Positions 42,387 to 52,746 of a DNA stretch of 64,000 bases are shown one piece after another. Source of the DNA: Citrobacter amalonaticus (GTDB lineage: Bacteria; Pseudomonadota; Gammaproteobacteria; Enterobacterales; Enterobacteriaceae); NCBI RefSeq assembly GCF_002918555.1, contig NZ_PQMB01000003.1:991458-1055457 (forward strand), in the 5' to 3' direction. Within the stretch, counting starts at the first letter, position 1. Every line of letters starts with the position of its first letter. The position numbers and the translations under genes were made by a program. The notes under the pieces were generated by a model that saw nothing but the letters and a program-made list of their open reading frames with translations, did not search any database and was not told the DNA's origin.

Positions 42387-42720
42387 CGTCAGGGCCCCTT
42401 ACTCGTGTGCTCACAATCCTGCAGGAGATACCGTTCGCTAATCATCTGATGCAATCGGTAACTCATGTATTAACGGCCAACAGGCCAGTTCACTTTTGAC
42501 GGGGAAATTTTATCTCCCTCATGCTGTAATCAACAACATGTATCTTAAATTTCAAAAATACCAGACTTATATTTTTAAATACATTGACTATACGAACGTT
42601 TATTCTGGTACGGGCGTCATCACGGCTGGGTATGATATGCTAATGAGAAGGTCACAGAGGGGTTAATGAAACAAGGACTGCTGTCTTTCGTCAGTCTGCA
42701 GCCAGGTTTCGTGGAGAGTC

Positions 42721-43527
42721 TTGATGGAGTATTTAATCAATTCACAGGTAAGGTATCGTACAGATGACGGTGCAATATGGCCTGTACGGGATGATGAATC
42801 GGTCATTATTCTGACCATAACAATGAACAGGCTGCTAGTCTATCTTCTGGAAAGACAGGGGCAGGTTGTTAAGCGGGATGAACTGCTAAATAATGTCTGG
42901 GACTTACATGGCCTGCGATCGTCCAGCCATACCCTGAATAAATACATTTCCGAAATCAGAAAACACTTTATGAGAGCTGGCATTCATCATGAGTGTATTA
43001 CGACGATTCCAAGGGTCGGGTTTGTTTTTAACAGTGATGTCGAGGTTATAGCAATTGATAATGCGGAAAATAATATACATTCGGATACTATAAATGCTGC
43101 TGTCGGGACGGTTCTTACTCATTCAATACAACCCTTAAGATACAAAGCATGGTATGCAGCAATAACCCTTTTTATCATCATATGTAGCACCGCCCTTATA
43201 ATCTCTGGCAATCGCCTAAAATCTAAAACAAACGTCAAATTACAAGACGCTCCTGTTTATTTTCTTTTCAATTATCAAACCTGTCCAGTTTATACGACGC
43301 AAAAAAACTCCGCATCGTTTCTCGAACAAAAAAAGAAAGTTTTTCTTGATCTTGTGAACGTCAATAAAATTGAGTGTCTGAACGGCACCTCGTTTCTGTA
43401 TCAGGCATCCGACTCCTATATGTATGGTAGTAAAGGACGTATATTTATCAGCAGATGCACATCTAAAAAAAATAAATATCTTTCCTGCCTAAATAATTAC
43501 TGGACTGGTTATGAACAAAATCAATAA
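42721..43527 (+). CDS. ToxR/CadC/PsaE-like membrane-anchored transcriptional activator: N-terminal OmpR-type winged helix, one TM helix, periplasmic C-domain (268 aa)
   Basis: wHTH segment RLLVYLLERQGQVVKRDELLNNVWDLHGLRSSSHTLNKYISEIRKHF; TM AWYAAITLFIIICSTALIISG; AT-rich. Confidence 0.7.
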   Translation: MMEYLINSQVRYRTDDGAIWPVRDDESVIILTITMNRLLVYLLERQGQVVKRDELLNNVWDLHGLRSSSHTLNKYISEIRKHFMRAGIHHECITTIPRVGFVFNSDVEVIAIDNAENNIHSDTINAAVGTVLTHSIQPLRYKAWYAAITLFIIICSTALIISGNRLKSKTNVKLQDAPVYFLFNYQTCPVYTTQKNSASFLEQKKKVFLDLVNVNKIECLNGTSFLYQASDSYMYGSKGRIFISRCTSKKNKYLSCLNNYWTGYEQNQ

Positions 43528-44002
43528 TATACAAAGATGGCTCGCTGCTATTTTAATCCTAATTCTGACTTTATCCCTCTGGTTCTATCTACATGCACGT
43601 CAGCAACAAAAGGGTATGGATGTTAACTGTGCGGCAAGCTTACGTTATAATCAGCGTGATCCTGATTTTATAGCCACGTTCGACATGATTTTCCGGCTGA
43701 ACAAAAGTTTTTATGGCCAGGTATTCCTGTTCGGTAATATTCACTCTGAACGTGGAGTAGAAGTTATCTCCCGGACTATTCAGTTTAATTATGAGGTTTA
43801 CAGACCGGGAGAGATTTCGGTGACGAACATGCATTATGCAAAAAATATCAGTGATACAGCTAATGATGAGCTTTTCAAACAGAGATTTTTCTACGTCCCT
43901 GAAAATTCTTCACGTGTGCTCAGGCTTAATCCGTCAGGCAATAGCTGGTTAATTGAAAACCTTCAATCCCCTTTCGCGCTTTGCGTGAATAAAGACGGAT
44001 AG
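43511..44002 (+). CDS. ToxS/PsaF-like partner: N-terminally membrane-anchored periplasmic protein (163 aa), 17-nt overlap with the upstream regulator gene
   Basis: Single N-terminal TM (WLAAILILILTLSLWFYL), size and operon arrangement as for ToxS/PsaF/VtrC partners; sequence similarity itself not verifiable by eye. Confidence 0.5.
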   Translation: MNKINNIQRWLAAILILILTLSLWFYLHARQQQKGMDVNCAASLRYNQRDPDFIATFDMIFRLNKSFYGQVFLFGNIHSERGVEVISRTIQFNYEVYRPGEISVTNMHYAKNISDTANDELFKQRFFYVPENSSRVLRLNPSGNSWLIENLQSPFALCVNKDG

Positions 44003-44046
44003 GCTACACTTTAACTTCTTCGTATTACCAGGACAGATTCTGCTAT

Positions 44047-44072
44047 CTCTTAACCGACGGTTCGGTTAAGAG
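44047..44072. other. Perfect 11-bp-arm inverted repeat CTCTTAACCGA-cggt-TCGGTTAAGAG at the right edge of the lysC-yjbD island
   Basis: Seen directly 45 bp downstream of the ToxS-like gene stop; no following T-tract. Confidence 0.5.
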
Positions 44073-44325
44073 TAACGGCGACATAAGATCTTAGTTATCT
44101 ATCAGGATTTACCATACCCCCTCCTATACCATTCACGTTCTTAGAGTTTCAACGGATAAAGAGAAGCCGTGTATATCGCGCAATTTCTCGCTGGCAATGC
44201 AGGTCCAAAATCAGCGTAACGGTCTTTGAGAAGTGATATTAAGCTGCATATTGCTGACTAAGCGCCTGGTCGCCCGTTCAGTAATACCGTACACTCAAAC
44301 GATCGGCTAACTGAGGGCACCCCCT

Positions 44326-44598
44326 ATGGCACTCCCCCGCATTACCCAAAAAGAGATGACGGAACGCGAGCAGCGCGAACTGAAAACGTTGCTCGACCGC
44401 GCCCGCATCGCGCACGGTCGTCCGCTGACCAATTCTGAAACCAACAGCGTAAAAAAAGAGTACATCGATAAACTGATGGTCCAGCGCGAAGCAGAGGCGA
44501 AAAAAGCCCGCCAGTTGAAGAAAAAGCAGGCATATAAACCGGATGCTGAGGCGTCATTTTCCTGGTCAGCGAATACGCCAACGCGCGGCAGACGTTAA
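44326..44598 (+). CDS. yjbD: YjbD (DUF3811) small protein (90 aa)
   Basis: Conserved neighbour of rluF and lysC in E. coli; basic coiled-coil-like sequence [35 protein letters not shown]... Confidence 0.8.
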   Translation: MALPRITQKEMTEREQRELKTLLDRARIAHGRPLTNSETNSVKKEYIDKLMVQREAEAKKARQLKKKQAYKPDAEASFSWSANTPTRGRR

Positions 44599-45464
44599 CG
44601 CCCTTTCTTCTTACGCCCCGGCGAGGTAAAGCGTTTACCGTTCGATGCCGGGCGTGCTTTCTCACTGGTTTTTTCGATTGCCACGACCGGACGCTTAATA
44701 CCTGCGGTCTTCGGCTTCGCTTTTGCTTTCGGTTTGGCTTCGGAAGAGGAATTCTCAATCAGCCTGAACAGCTCGATCAGTTCATCATCGGTCAGGTCGC
44801 GCCACTCGCCCGGCGGGATCCCGGTAAGGCTGACGTTCATAATGCGCGTGCGCTCCAGCTTCGTCACTTCATAACCAAAGTGTTCGCACATCCGACGGAT
44901 CTGACGGTTTAAGCCCTGCACCAGGGTGATGCGAAAGACAAACGGCGCCTCTTTCTTCACCTTGCATTTTTTGGTGACGGTACCAAGAATCGGCACACCT
45001 GCGCCCATACCGCGGATAAATTCGTCGGTGACCGGTTTATCAACCGTGACCAGATACTCTTTTTCGTGATCGTTTCCGGCACGCAGGATTTTATTCACCA
45101 GGTCGCCGTGGTTGGTCAGAAAAATTAGCCCCTGCGAATCTTTATCCAGACGACCAATCGGGAAGATACGTTTACTGTGGTTCACGAAATCGACGATATT
45201 GTCACGCTCACCGTCTTCAGTCGTGCTGACAATACCAACCGGCTTATTCAGGGCAATCAGCACTAAATCATCGGCTTCTCGCGGCTCAATCAACCGTCCG
45301 TTGACCTTCACAACGTCGCCTGGCTTAACCTGATCGCCAATAGTGGCGCGTTTGCCGTTGATAAAAACGTTGCCTTGTTCGATAAAGCGGTCCGCTTCGC
45401 GGCGCGAGCAGATTCCGCTTTCGCTGATGTATTTATTTAATCGGGTGGATGAGTCGGTCAGCAT
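44595..45464 (-). CDS. rluF: 23S rRNA pseudouridine(2604) synthase RluF (289 aa)
   Basis: S4 domain and RluA-type core (…[18 protein letters not shown]…) matching E. coli RluF (YjbC). Confidence 0.93.
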   Translation of the reverse strand: MLTDSSTRLNKYISESGICSRREADRFIEQGNVFINGKRATIGDQVKPGDVVKVNGRLIEPREADDLVLIALNKPVGIVSTTEDGERDNIVDFVNHSKRIFPIGRLDKDSQGLIFLTNHGDLVNKILRAGNDHEKEYLVTVDKPVTDEFIRGMGAGVPILGTVTKKCKVKKEAPFVFRITLVQGLNRQIRRMCEHFGYEVTKLERTRIMNVSLTGIPPGEWRDLTDDELIELFRLIENSSSEAKPKAKAKPKTAGIKRPVVAIEKTSEKARPASNGKRFTSPGRKKKGR

Positions 45465-46028
45465 AGTTTCTCCTTAGACAGCGAAATATACCTCACCTTG
45501 CAGATGATAAAAAATAATCGTGAATATTCGTCATACTTCAGGTTGCTGGCTTGCTTGCCCGTCCCTGGGACTCGCATAACGTTCTTTGCAACAGCCTGCT
45601 TTGCAATGGTCGTTCTGTCCCACTGATGAGTCTTCAAAAAACAGAATAATGAATCAACAGACATCGCTTTTCTGGATGCACTCTCTGACGCCATTTCTCC
45701 ACAGACCCGCGTTGTTATTGTCACTGATGCAGGTTTCCAGAGTACGTGGTTTCGTCATGTCAAATCACGGAGACGGGATTTTATTGCCCGAATCAGAGGG
45801 ACAGTAAACTTCAGACTTCACATTGACAGTGCAAGCCATCACCATCAGGTACACCAGTTTGACGAGATTAATCCAGTGCAGATCCCTTCATGAGCCTTTT
45901 ATGCGCACTGATAACGGGCGCATAAGCATGATGGTATCGATAAAACGAAGCGCAAGCATTACAGGAAGATGAGGACAGGCACAGTGATTACTCATCACAT
46001 CATGCCAGTCTCCTTTTGTGGGAATGTC

Positions 46029-47315
46029 TCAGGGCATGTCAAAGGTAAGGGTAGCCATTGCCTCATAGTTCCCAGCACCAGTCGGTGCCTTACTGGCATT
46101 GGCAGCCGTTGGATAAGCGTAGAATTTCGCTGTAGCCGTTTTACCTGAAGCCTCAGCTTGTACGGTTTGCGTACCATCAACTTTAACCAGGTTCTTACCC
46201 GCAGCATCGCTGGTGATCTTAACCCCCAGGTCGTTTATCCCCGTTCCCTTCGCCAGCAGTATTCCTTGTTGCGCTGCCCCGGCAGATAAACTGTCACCAA
46301 CCCCAGTCATTGACCAGACAACCCCTTTAGTAAATGAGGAGTTAATATCACCGGAGCAATTCAACGCAATTTTGGTCTCTTTCGGTGTAAAACCATCAGG
46401 GATGCCGCCTTGCCCCTTGCCCACCAGTTTTCCTACCGATGTTGTCGCAAGATCGATGGTCTTTGTCGTTTCTGCCACGCTACAGGTCGTTCTGAACGTC
46501 ACTGTCCCCTGGATATAGTAGTCAATAAGAGGCGTTGTCGAGGCACCTTTGGTACATATTTTGGCGGCCTCATAGTCCGCATCATTGGATCCGTAATCAA
46601 TACACATGTGGTGTATTGATGATTGGCCCACCTTCATTGAAGGGATCGTGATAGTGGAATACGGTGTCCTGGGCATATAAAAAGACACTTGAATGTTGCG
46701 GTTATTATATTGATTACCCAAGGTAAAAGTAATGTATGACGTATCACATGCAACGTTCGCGGCGTAGTTTCCCTCTGCCTTTGTGCAGCCAGAAAGTGCA
46801 GTCGTTTTACCCCAACTAGACCAATTAGTATTAAATTCGTACCATCCCAGACCATCGTTACTCGTTCCCCTGAAATACAGGTCTAGTAGGTCGACATATT
46901 CATATCGGTCAATGTTAGGCAGCCACATTTGCTGTGCTAACCGTATATACACAGGAATATTTGTCCCCGTGATGTTTTTCAACCGATAATACTTTTTGCC
47001 ACTCACGTTTATCGTATCGCCAGTATTCACATTAGCAGTATCATACCTCCCCTCAATCACCGGGGAACTACTTGTCCAGCGGCCATTACGCTTGTCAAAA
47101 TCACGGGCGGGTGCACGAAACTTCGTCTCTCCTGAGGGCAGTGTCAGATTTGAGATCACTAAAAGCGCGCCTCCTTTGTTCGTGACATCTTCCGCAATAG
47201 TGAAATTGGCTCGGCTTGATGTATTACCTGTTCGTGGCATTACCACCGTCTGCGCCGCATAAGCACTACCGACACAAATGAAAAGCAGATTAAGAAGAAA
47301 AATGTTGAGTTTCAT
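46029..47315 (-). CDS. Fimbrial tip adhesin (two-domain lectin + pilin), 428 aa
   Basis: Signal peptide MKLNIFLLNLLFICVGSAYA; last gene of the chaperone-usher operon; C-terminal pilin-like domain ending ...ATLTFDMP. Confidence 0.72.
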   Translation of the reverse strand: MKLNIFLLNLLFICVGSAYAAQTVVMPRTGNTSSRANFTIAEDVTNKGGALLVISNLTLPSGETKFRAPARDFDKRNGRWTSSSPVIEGRYDTANVNTGDTINVSGKKYYRLKNITGTNIPVYIRLAQQMWLPNIDRYEYVDLLDLYFRGTSNDGLGWYEFNTNWSSWGKTTALSGCTKAEGNYAANVACDTSYITFTLGNQYNNRNIQVSFYMPRTPYSTITIPSMKVGQSSIHHMCIDYGSNDADYEAAKICTKGASTTPLIDYYIQGTVTFRTTCSVAETTKTIDLATTSVGKLVGKGQGGIPDGFTPKETKIALNCSGDINSSFTKGVVWSMTGVGDSLSAGAAQQGILLAKGTGINDLGVKITSDAAGKNLVKVDGTQTVQAEASGKTATAKFYAYPTAANASKAPTGAGNYEAMATLTFDMP

Positions 47316-47384
47316 CTCGCTTCCTTCTTACTAATGAAAAAAGACACAGCGTTTTTGAGAAAATTATGATTTTTGAAAACTGAA

Positions 47385-47990
47385 TTAATCATACGATGCA
47401 CTCACCATCAATGTTGCCGTCACCTGCCCTGCGGTGATTGCGGTTCCCGTCTGCATGTATCTGACATAATAATCACGCGGCGTCGCCAGCGGAGCCTGAG
47501 GGGTAATCGGATACGTCAGAAGGCGGCTCTTGCCTGTATTATCTAACACGTTCTGATTATCCCGCTGGTCAAATACTGCAAAGCCCACGCCGTTATCAAT
47601 GCGTTGACCAGAACCGTCGATGGCCTGATTGATGAATATGCCAGGCGCGGCTTTACCATTACTCGGCAGCGCATCGAAGCTAATTCGGATCTTCGACGCG
47701 GTTATCGTAGACAGTATGCAGTTTTCAACTATCAACGAAAAATTTTTCCTCAGGGAAGAGAGCCGTTGTTCTGAAAACTCACCTACGCCGATGGGTGATA
47801 AAAACAACACATCACTATTGAAACGGACATCGCAGGTTGTTTGTATCAGCTCACCACCAAAATTAATACCATAGCCACTACCATCAGAGATAATCTCTCC
47901 CGCCGCGATAGCATTACCGGGCATAAAGCAAGGCGTCATCAGAAAGGCTAATGAAATAATTCCCTTTCGTTTCATTATCAACTCACTCAC
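47385..47990 (-). CDS. Fimbrial minor subunit (201 aa)
   Basis: Signal peptide, pilin-like size, C-terminal ...TATLMVSASYD typical beta-strand end of type 1-like pilins. Confidence 0.7.
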   Translation of the reverse strand: MSELIMKRKGIISLAFLMTPCFMPGNAIAAGEIISDGSGYGINFGGELIQTTCDVRFNSDVLFLSPIGVGEFSEQRLSSLRKNFSLIVENCILSTITASKIRISFDALPSNGKAAPGIFINQAIDGSGQRIDNGVGFAVFDQRDNQNVLDNTGKSRLLTYPITPQAPLATPRDYYVRYMQTGTAITAGQVTATLMVSASYD

Positions 47991-48036
47991 CGTAAACGCT
48001 CCAGAATATTCATATCAGATTAAAAAGAGCACGGTA

Positions 48037-48648
48037 TTACTCGTAAGCAATATTCACAAAAGCCTTAGCCTGAAGATCTTTACCCGCACTATTGGCATTT
48101 ACAGCAACAGAATCAGCCATTAATCCACCTCTGGCCACAACCATTTTGGCATACAGCGGCCATGTATAATCGTTGCCCGTTTTGGTCAAGGAAGCCAGTG
48201 GCAAAACGGTCGGTTCGCCCGCTTTATCCGCACTGACATACACCGCATCAGTCTCTGAAGTAGACGCGGTATTTTTGAACAATGCGAACCCCAGGCCAGA
48301 CTCCCTGTCATTTGCATCAAGGAAGTTTACCGCTTTACGTATAAAGCCCGCGCCAGAGGTGGATGCACCGACAAAATTGACTTTAATATTAGTGATACTA
48401 TTACAGCCCGAAAACTTCAGAGACACGTTTTTAACCGGAGCAGCTGGAATAATCGTCCCTTGCGCTTTCCCCACAATATCAGATGCATTGAGGCTGCCAA
48501 ACGCAATATCCGTACCATTAGAACCCACAAAAGAAGCCGTACAGGTTGGTGCAGTAAGGGTTCCTTTAAATGTTAAATTCACCGTTGCGTCTGCTGCCAG
48601 AGCGGAAAGTGGAGCGCAGAGTAACATAGCAGAAATAATTTTTTTCAT
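48037..48648 (-). CDS. Fimbrial subunit (203 aa)
   Basis: MKKIISAMLLCAPLSALAADATVNLTFKGTL...; Cys pair; C-terminal ...AFVNIAYE pilin motif. Confidence 0.75.
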   Translation of the reverse strand: MKKIISAMLLCAPLSALAADATVNLTFKGTLTAPTCTASFVGSNGTDIAFGSLNASDIVGKAQGTIIPAAPVKNVSLKFSGCNSITNIKVNFVGASTSGAGFIRKAVNFLDANDRESGLGFALFKNTASTSETDAVYVSADKAGEPTVLPLASLTKTGNDYTWPLYAKMVVARGGLMADSVAVNANSAGKDLQAKAFVNIAYE

Positions 48649-48664
48649 TTGTCGGCTCCCTTTC

Positions 48665-49231
48665 TTAAAGATAAGTAATATTTACAACAGCGGTTGAATT
48701 CAGTGAACCTGAAACCATCTTTGAATAAGCATCAACGGTCGGAACAATAGTCGTCTTAATATAGACACTCCATTCCGGTGAAAATTTCTCTGTGCCAGTA
48801 TTCATCGTTTTGTTATCAGCCTGCAGCGAATAATATGTACCCGTTGCACCATTTTTCACTTCGGTCCTGAACGCCACGCCTGTCGCGCCACCGGTGGCCG
48901 GTACAACCCATTTTCCCTGATAAGCACCGGAAGCGATATCAGCAGTACTGGTGGAACTCAGAGAAAGAGACATATTATTGACAGCAACACAGTTATTCAG
49001 TTTGAATGACTGCTCAACGTTCTTTGTCCCGGCAAATGCCTCAACAGGGGTCACATTGCCAAACTCATATGTCAGCCCGTCAGACCCCGAACTCAGGGTA
49101 CAGGTACCACGGTTAATGTGGGTACTTGCCGTAAAATCGACTTTCTCAGCCAGTGCGGAACCGCTCAACATCACCGCACACAGGGAACCCGTAATGAATA
49201 CTGATTTCCCTTTTAAATTGAATTTATTCAC
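48665..49231 (-). CDS. Fimbrial subunit (188 aa)
   Basis: Signal peptide and pilin-like C-terminus ...STAVVNITYL. Confidence 0.75.
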   Translation of the reverse strand: MNKFNLKGKSVFITGSLCAVMLSGSALAEKVDFTASTHINRGTCTLSSGSDGLTYEFGNVTPVEAFAGTKNVEQSFKLNNCVAVNNMSLSLSSTSTADIASGAYQGKWVVPATGGATGVAFRTEVKNGATGTYYSLQADNKTMNTGTEKFSPEWSVYIKTTIVPTVDAYSKMVSGSLNSTAVVNITYL

Positions 49232-49294
49232 TAAAAACTCCTTTTTTAATCAAAAACATTCATACTAAAGATGATTCGCTTGATGGTGATGTTA

Positions 49295-51961
49295 TTAGTC
49301 ACAGATAACATTGCCGATGGACAACGTTTTACTGTTGATATCTTCCTGAGACGTTTCAGGTAACTGGTAATTAAACCGACATTGTTCTTCAGTTTTATCA
49401 CCCCAGATAACAGATAACGTCCCGGACTGATCTATTCCACGGGTAAAGGCACGCCCACTTTGCCCTACCGTCCCCACCGCTTCATTATTTTCATTAAATA
49501 TCTCGGCGCCCAGAGGAATATTTTTGCCATTTTTCATGCTTAGACGGAAAAATACCGAACGACGAGCGTCCGTGGCAAACGGTACATAAACAATGGCCCC
49601 TGCACGCGGCACAACTTTGGTCGATGTCTCTTTTAATTCAGTATCCTGTTCCATTTTCGATGGATCGATACTCACATCGTTAAAACGGTAAGGCGACAGG
49701 TTAGAGACATAGGCATACCCGGCACTGTTAATTCGCGCGGCGCTATCGCCCATCGCCAGCGAGCCCTTCGCCCCTTTCGCCTCAATCAATGCAACAGGCG
49801 TGTCACCATTAATGGTACGTCCGAGGGTCACGCCGCCCTTGTGGATCAAAATCCCACCGCTGCCGCTCACAGACATCTGATGGCTGTTTTCTAAATCGGC
49901 AGACATGTTCGCCCCCCAGCTACCGTAACGGGTATCCCACGAGGCATTCGCGCCGATATTCTTTATTTTGTTATCGTCGTAGCCGTTCTGGCGATAACTT
50001 ACGTTGACGCCATAGTTCAGGCCTGCCTCTTGGTTATAACCCGAGGTAGACGTCGATAAACTGCTGTCTCCCTTACTGCTGCGGGTATAACTGGTGTTCA
50101 GGTAATCAAACAGTGGCGCTTTATCACCGGAGCGATCGCCAAGCGGTACAGAAAACGACAGATAAACCTGATCGTCTTTCTTATTATCATCGGTGTAATA
50201 GCGGTTAACGGAAACGCTATAACTGACCCGCCCCAAAGAGTTGCTGTACCCCAGTTGATAGCTTTTCTCTTTACGCCCTGAACGCCAGTACTCTGAAAGC
50301 ATCGCAGAAGAATAAAACGATCCCCATCCCTCATTGAGGTTCTGACTCACGTTGATCTGCACCTGAGACTTAAGACGATCTTCCATATTCTGCCAGTCGG
50401 TATTCGACAGATAATCCGCTGCTTCGCCCAATGTGTAAAAATCTTTTGTCGAATAACGGTAAGCCGCGATGTTAAAGCTGGTATTCGTCGGAGTAATAAA
50501 GCTGTTGTATTTAACCCCGACGCTCAGCCCTTTCCTGGTGCCTTCTTCTGCTGTCAAATTCGAATGGGTCAAGTCGACAGAGATGGCCCCCACTGGCGCA
50601 TTCAGCGCCATCCCGCCAATCACGGAGTAGAAGTCCGACATATATTCAGCACCAGAATATAAAGACAGATAGTTATTCAGGCCGTATTGCCAGGTTGCCT
50701 GGCCAACAACGGGTTTCTCTGCTCCACTCGTGCCGTCGTATTCACCCACCGCCAGCGTATAAAGGCTGACACCCGGGTAAAGCAGTTGCCCCCCTCCGTT
50801 GTACGGGATAATCAACTGACGCGTCCGACCGTCTGCTTCCTGAATCGTGACGTCAAGCTGTTCGCTGGAGCTGACCGGATTATAATCATCGATCGAAAAC
50901 GCCCCTGGCGGCACGGTCGTTTCTAATATTTTAGTGCCTGCCTGGCTGACAATAATTTTCGCGTTCGACTCCGCGACTCCACGAATAACCGGGCGGAAGG
51001 TATTCAGAGAGTCTGGCAACATTCGCGTGTCGCTACTCAGCGTCACACCGCGTAATGGAAACGCATCAAAAAAAGTGCTGCTGCTGTAAATTTCACCGAT
51101 CCGCAATCGGGACTTCAGCGGTGCGACATCATGCTCCACGTACAGGTTCGAACTGTCGAACGTCGTGCCACTCTCTTTCGAGTAGTTCGCATCGCCACGG
51201 ACACGGACACGCCAGCCCAGTAAATTCAGGCCGCCATCCATGCCAACCCAACCGCTGTCAGAGTCAATGCTGCTATAGCTCGAACGGTAATAGCTTGTGT
51301 TATAACTGAGAAATGCCGCGTTGACGCCGTGATCCCAGAGAGTATCCGGCACTTCGTCAGGACGTTTCATTAGTACCATCGCCTGTGGAATATTCAGGAT
51401 AAAACGCTGCTCGTTAATATCCATTTTCCAGCTAGCCTGGGGTATCAGGGTTTTCAGCGAAATGCAGCTTTCCGCGGCAGAAACATTAATGGCACCGAGA
51501 TCAACTCCAAAATTCGCCAGATCTTTCAGGCTAAGGCAAGGAATTGCGCGTAACGGATCTTTCGGGTTTTCATCAAATTGAATTTCAAACTTACCCATTT
51601 CGCGCTCGTTAAGTACAACTGTTGCGTGATACTTCCCGGCGGTGACAGGGTTTCCCCTGGAAAAACGGCTAACATCTATTGGCTGATTAGATAAAAAGAT
51701 ATTACTAAACTCTACCTCTTCATCTTCATCTTCATCTTCATCTTCAGTGCCGATTTCCTCACTTTCTTTATCTTCCTCTTTTCCCTGCACATTAGAATTT
51801 TCTACTAATGATGCAGGCGAAAGACTATTTTGTGCAGGAGTTTCCGTCTCAGCAGCACTTGCTGCCCCGACAACATTCAATAAAATAAATGAGCTAGCGA
51901 TACGCGACAAACGAAAACGAACGCTAATTAACATATCCATAGAAAGACCCGAACGTTCCAT
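49295..51961 (-). CDS. Fimbrial usher (outer-membrane PapC/FimD family) with an unusual acidic low-complexity insert (EDEDEDEDEEVE) near the N-terminus; start may be internal (MDMLISVRF...)
   Basis: Length ~880 aa, usher-type N-terminal plug/barrel motifs and C-terminal ...LSIGNVICD; 12-bp overlap-free spacing to the chaperone gene. Confidence 0.9.
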   Translation of the reverse strand: MERSGLSMDMLISVRFRLSRIASSFILLNVVGAASAAETETPAQNSLSPASLVENSNVQGKEEDKESEEIGTEDEDEDEDEEVEFSNIFLSNQPIDVSRFSRGNPVTAGKYHATVVLNEREMGKFEIQFDENPKDPLRAIPCLSLKDLANFGVDLGAINVSAAESCISLKTLIPQASWKMDINEQRFILNIPQAMVLMKRPDEVPDTLWDHGVNAAFLSYNTSYYRSSYSSIDSDSGWVGMDGGLNLLGWRVRVRGDANYSKESGTTFDSSNLYVEHDVAPLKSRLRIGEIYSSSTFFDAFPLRGVTLSSDTRMLPDSLNTFRPVIRGVAESNAKIIVSQAGTKILETTVPPGAFSIDDYNPVSSSEQLDVTIQEADGRTRQLIIPYNGGGQLLYPGVSLYTLAVGEYDGTSGAEKPVVGQATWQYGLNNYLSLYSGAEYMSDFYSVIGGMALNAPVGAISVDLTHSNLTAEEGTRKGLSVGVKYNSFITPTNTSFNIAAYRYSTKDFYTLGEAADYLSNTDWQNMEDRLKSQVQINVSQNLNEGWGSFYSSAMLSEYWRSGRKEKSYQLGYSNSLGRVSYSVSVNRYYTDDNKKDDQVYLSFSVPLGDRSGDKAPLFDYLNTSYTRSSKGDSSLSTSTSGYNQEAGLNYGVNVSYRQNGYDDNKIKNIGANASWDTRYGSWGANMSADLENSHQMSVSGSGGILIHKGGVTLGRTINGDTPVALIEAKGAKGSLAMGDSAARINSAGYAYVSNLSPYRFNDVSIDPSKMEQDTELKETSTKVVPRAGAIVYVPFATDARRSVFFRLSMKNGKNIPLGAEIFNENNEAVGTVGQSGRAFTRGIDQSGTLSVIWGDKTEEQCRFNYQLPETSQEDINSKTLSIGNVICD

Positions 51962-51973
51962 CGTGGAAAAATG

Positions 51974-52681
51974 TTATTTGATAACAGCGGTACCCTCTAC
52001 ATCGTTACCATAATCAGAAATATAACTGTAGGTAAGACTCGCTCCTGCGGACGGTTTAAACGCCTTGTTATCAAATGCGAATGTTTCTGTTGCAAAAGGT
52101 GCAACCATTCCTGATTTAGCTCCGTTATTACCCACTTTCATCATGTTGAATGTCAGATAATAAGGAGAATTATTTTTTGCAACTAACGCACCATTTTCAG
52201 CGCGCCATTCAACTTTACCCGCTGCATCCTGGGGTTTTACGGTTAAAGCCGTTGGACGATAAAACATCTTGATACGGGTACGGAATGCCAGCTGTAATTT
52301 ATTATTACCCGCATTCTGATCTTTTGCTTTTGGTGGAACCTCCAGCACGTTCAGGTAGTAGATGCTTTCACGGTCTTTTGGCAAACTGGCATCCATTTTT
52401 GAAATACGCAGCGTCTGACCTTTCTTCGCATCAATGCGAGATACCGGCGGGGAGATCATAAATGGCAGATCAATATTCTCCGGTGATTCCGTTGCACGAC
52501 CATCGTCCAGCCATGACTGCACCAGCAGCGGACGCTTACCTTCGTTGGTCAGACGGACGTTAACTTCTTTCGCTGATTCTTTATAGACCACGCGAGTGGT
52601 ATTAATGACCACATCTGCCCATACGGAAGAGCTGGCGGCCAACGTCGCAGCCATAATTGCAGATAAATATTTAACTGACAT
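51974..52681 (-). CDS. Periplasmic fimbrial chaperone (PapD/FimC family), 235 aa
   Basis: MSVKYLSAIMAATLAASSSVWADVVINTTRVVYKESAKEVNVRLTNEGKRPLLVQSW... classic PapD-like N-domain. Confidence 0.9.
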   Translation of the reverse strand: MSVKYLSAIMAATLAASSSVWADVVINTTRVVYKESAKEVNVRLTNEGKRPLLVQSWLDDGRATESPENIDLPFMISPPVSRIDAKKGQTLRISKMDASLPKDRESIYYLNVLEVPPKAKDQNAGNNKLQLAFRTRIKMFYRPTALTVKPQDAAGKVEWRAENGALVAKNNSPYYLTFNMMKVGNNGAKSGMVAPFATETFAFDNKAFKPSAGASLTYSYISDYGNDVEGTAVIK

Positions 52682-52746
52682 TTATGTATTGCTCTCTGAA
52701 AAAATAAGGCGGTTATAAGCGTTACCGCCTTTGGTTTAGTAAAAAT

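Noticed and set aside
45458-46207. Small ORFs (88 aa, 73 aa, 70 aa) between rluF and the fimbrial adhesin gene
   Set aside because: Overlap the rluF promoter region and the adhesin 3-prime end; no RBS or recognisable domains.
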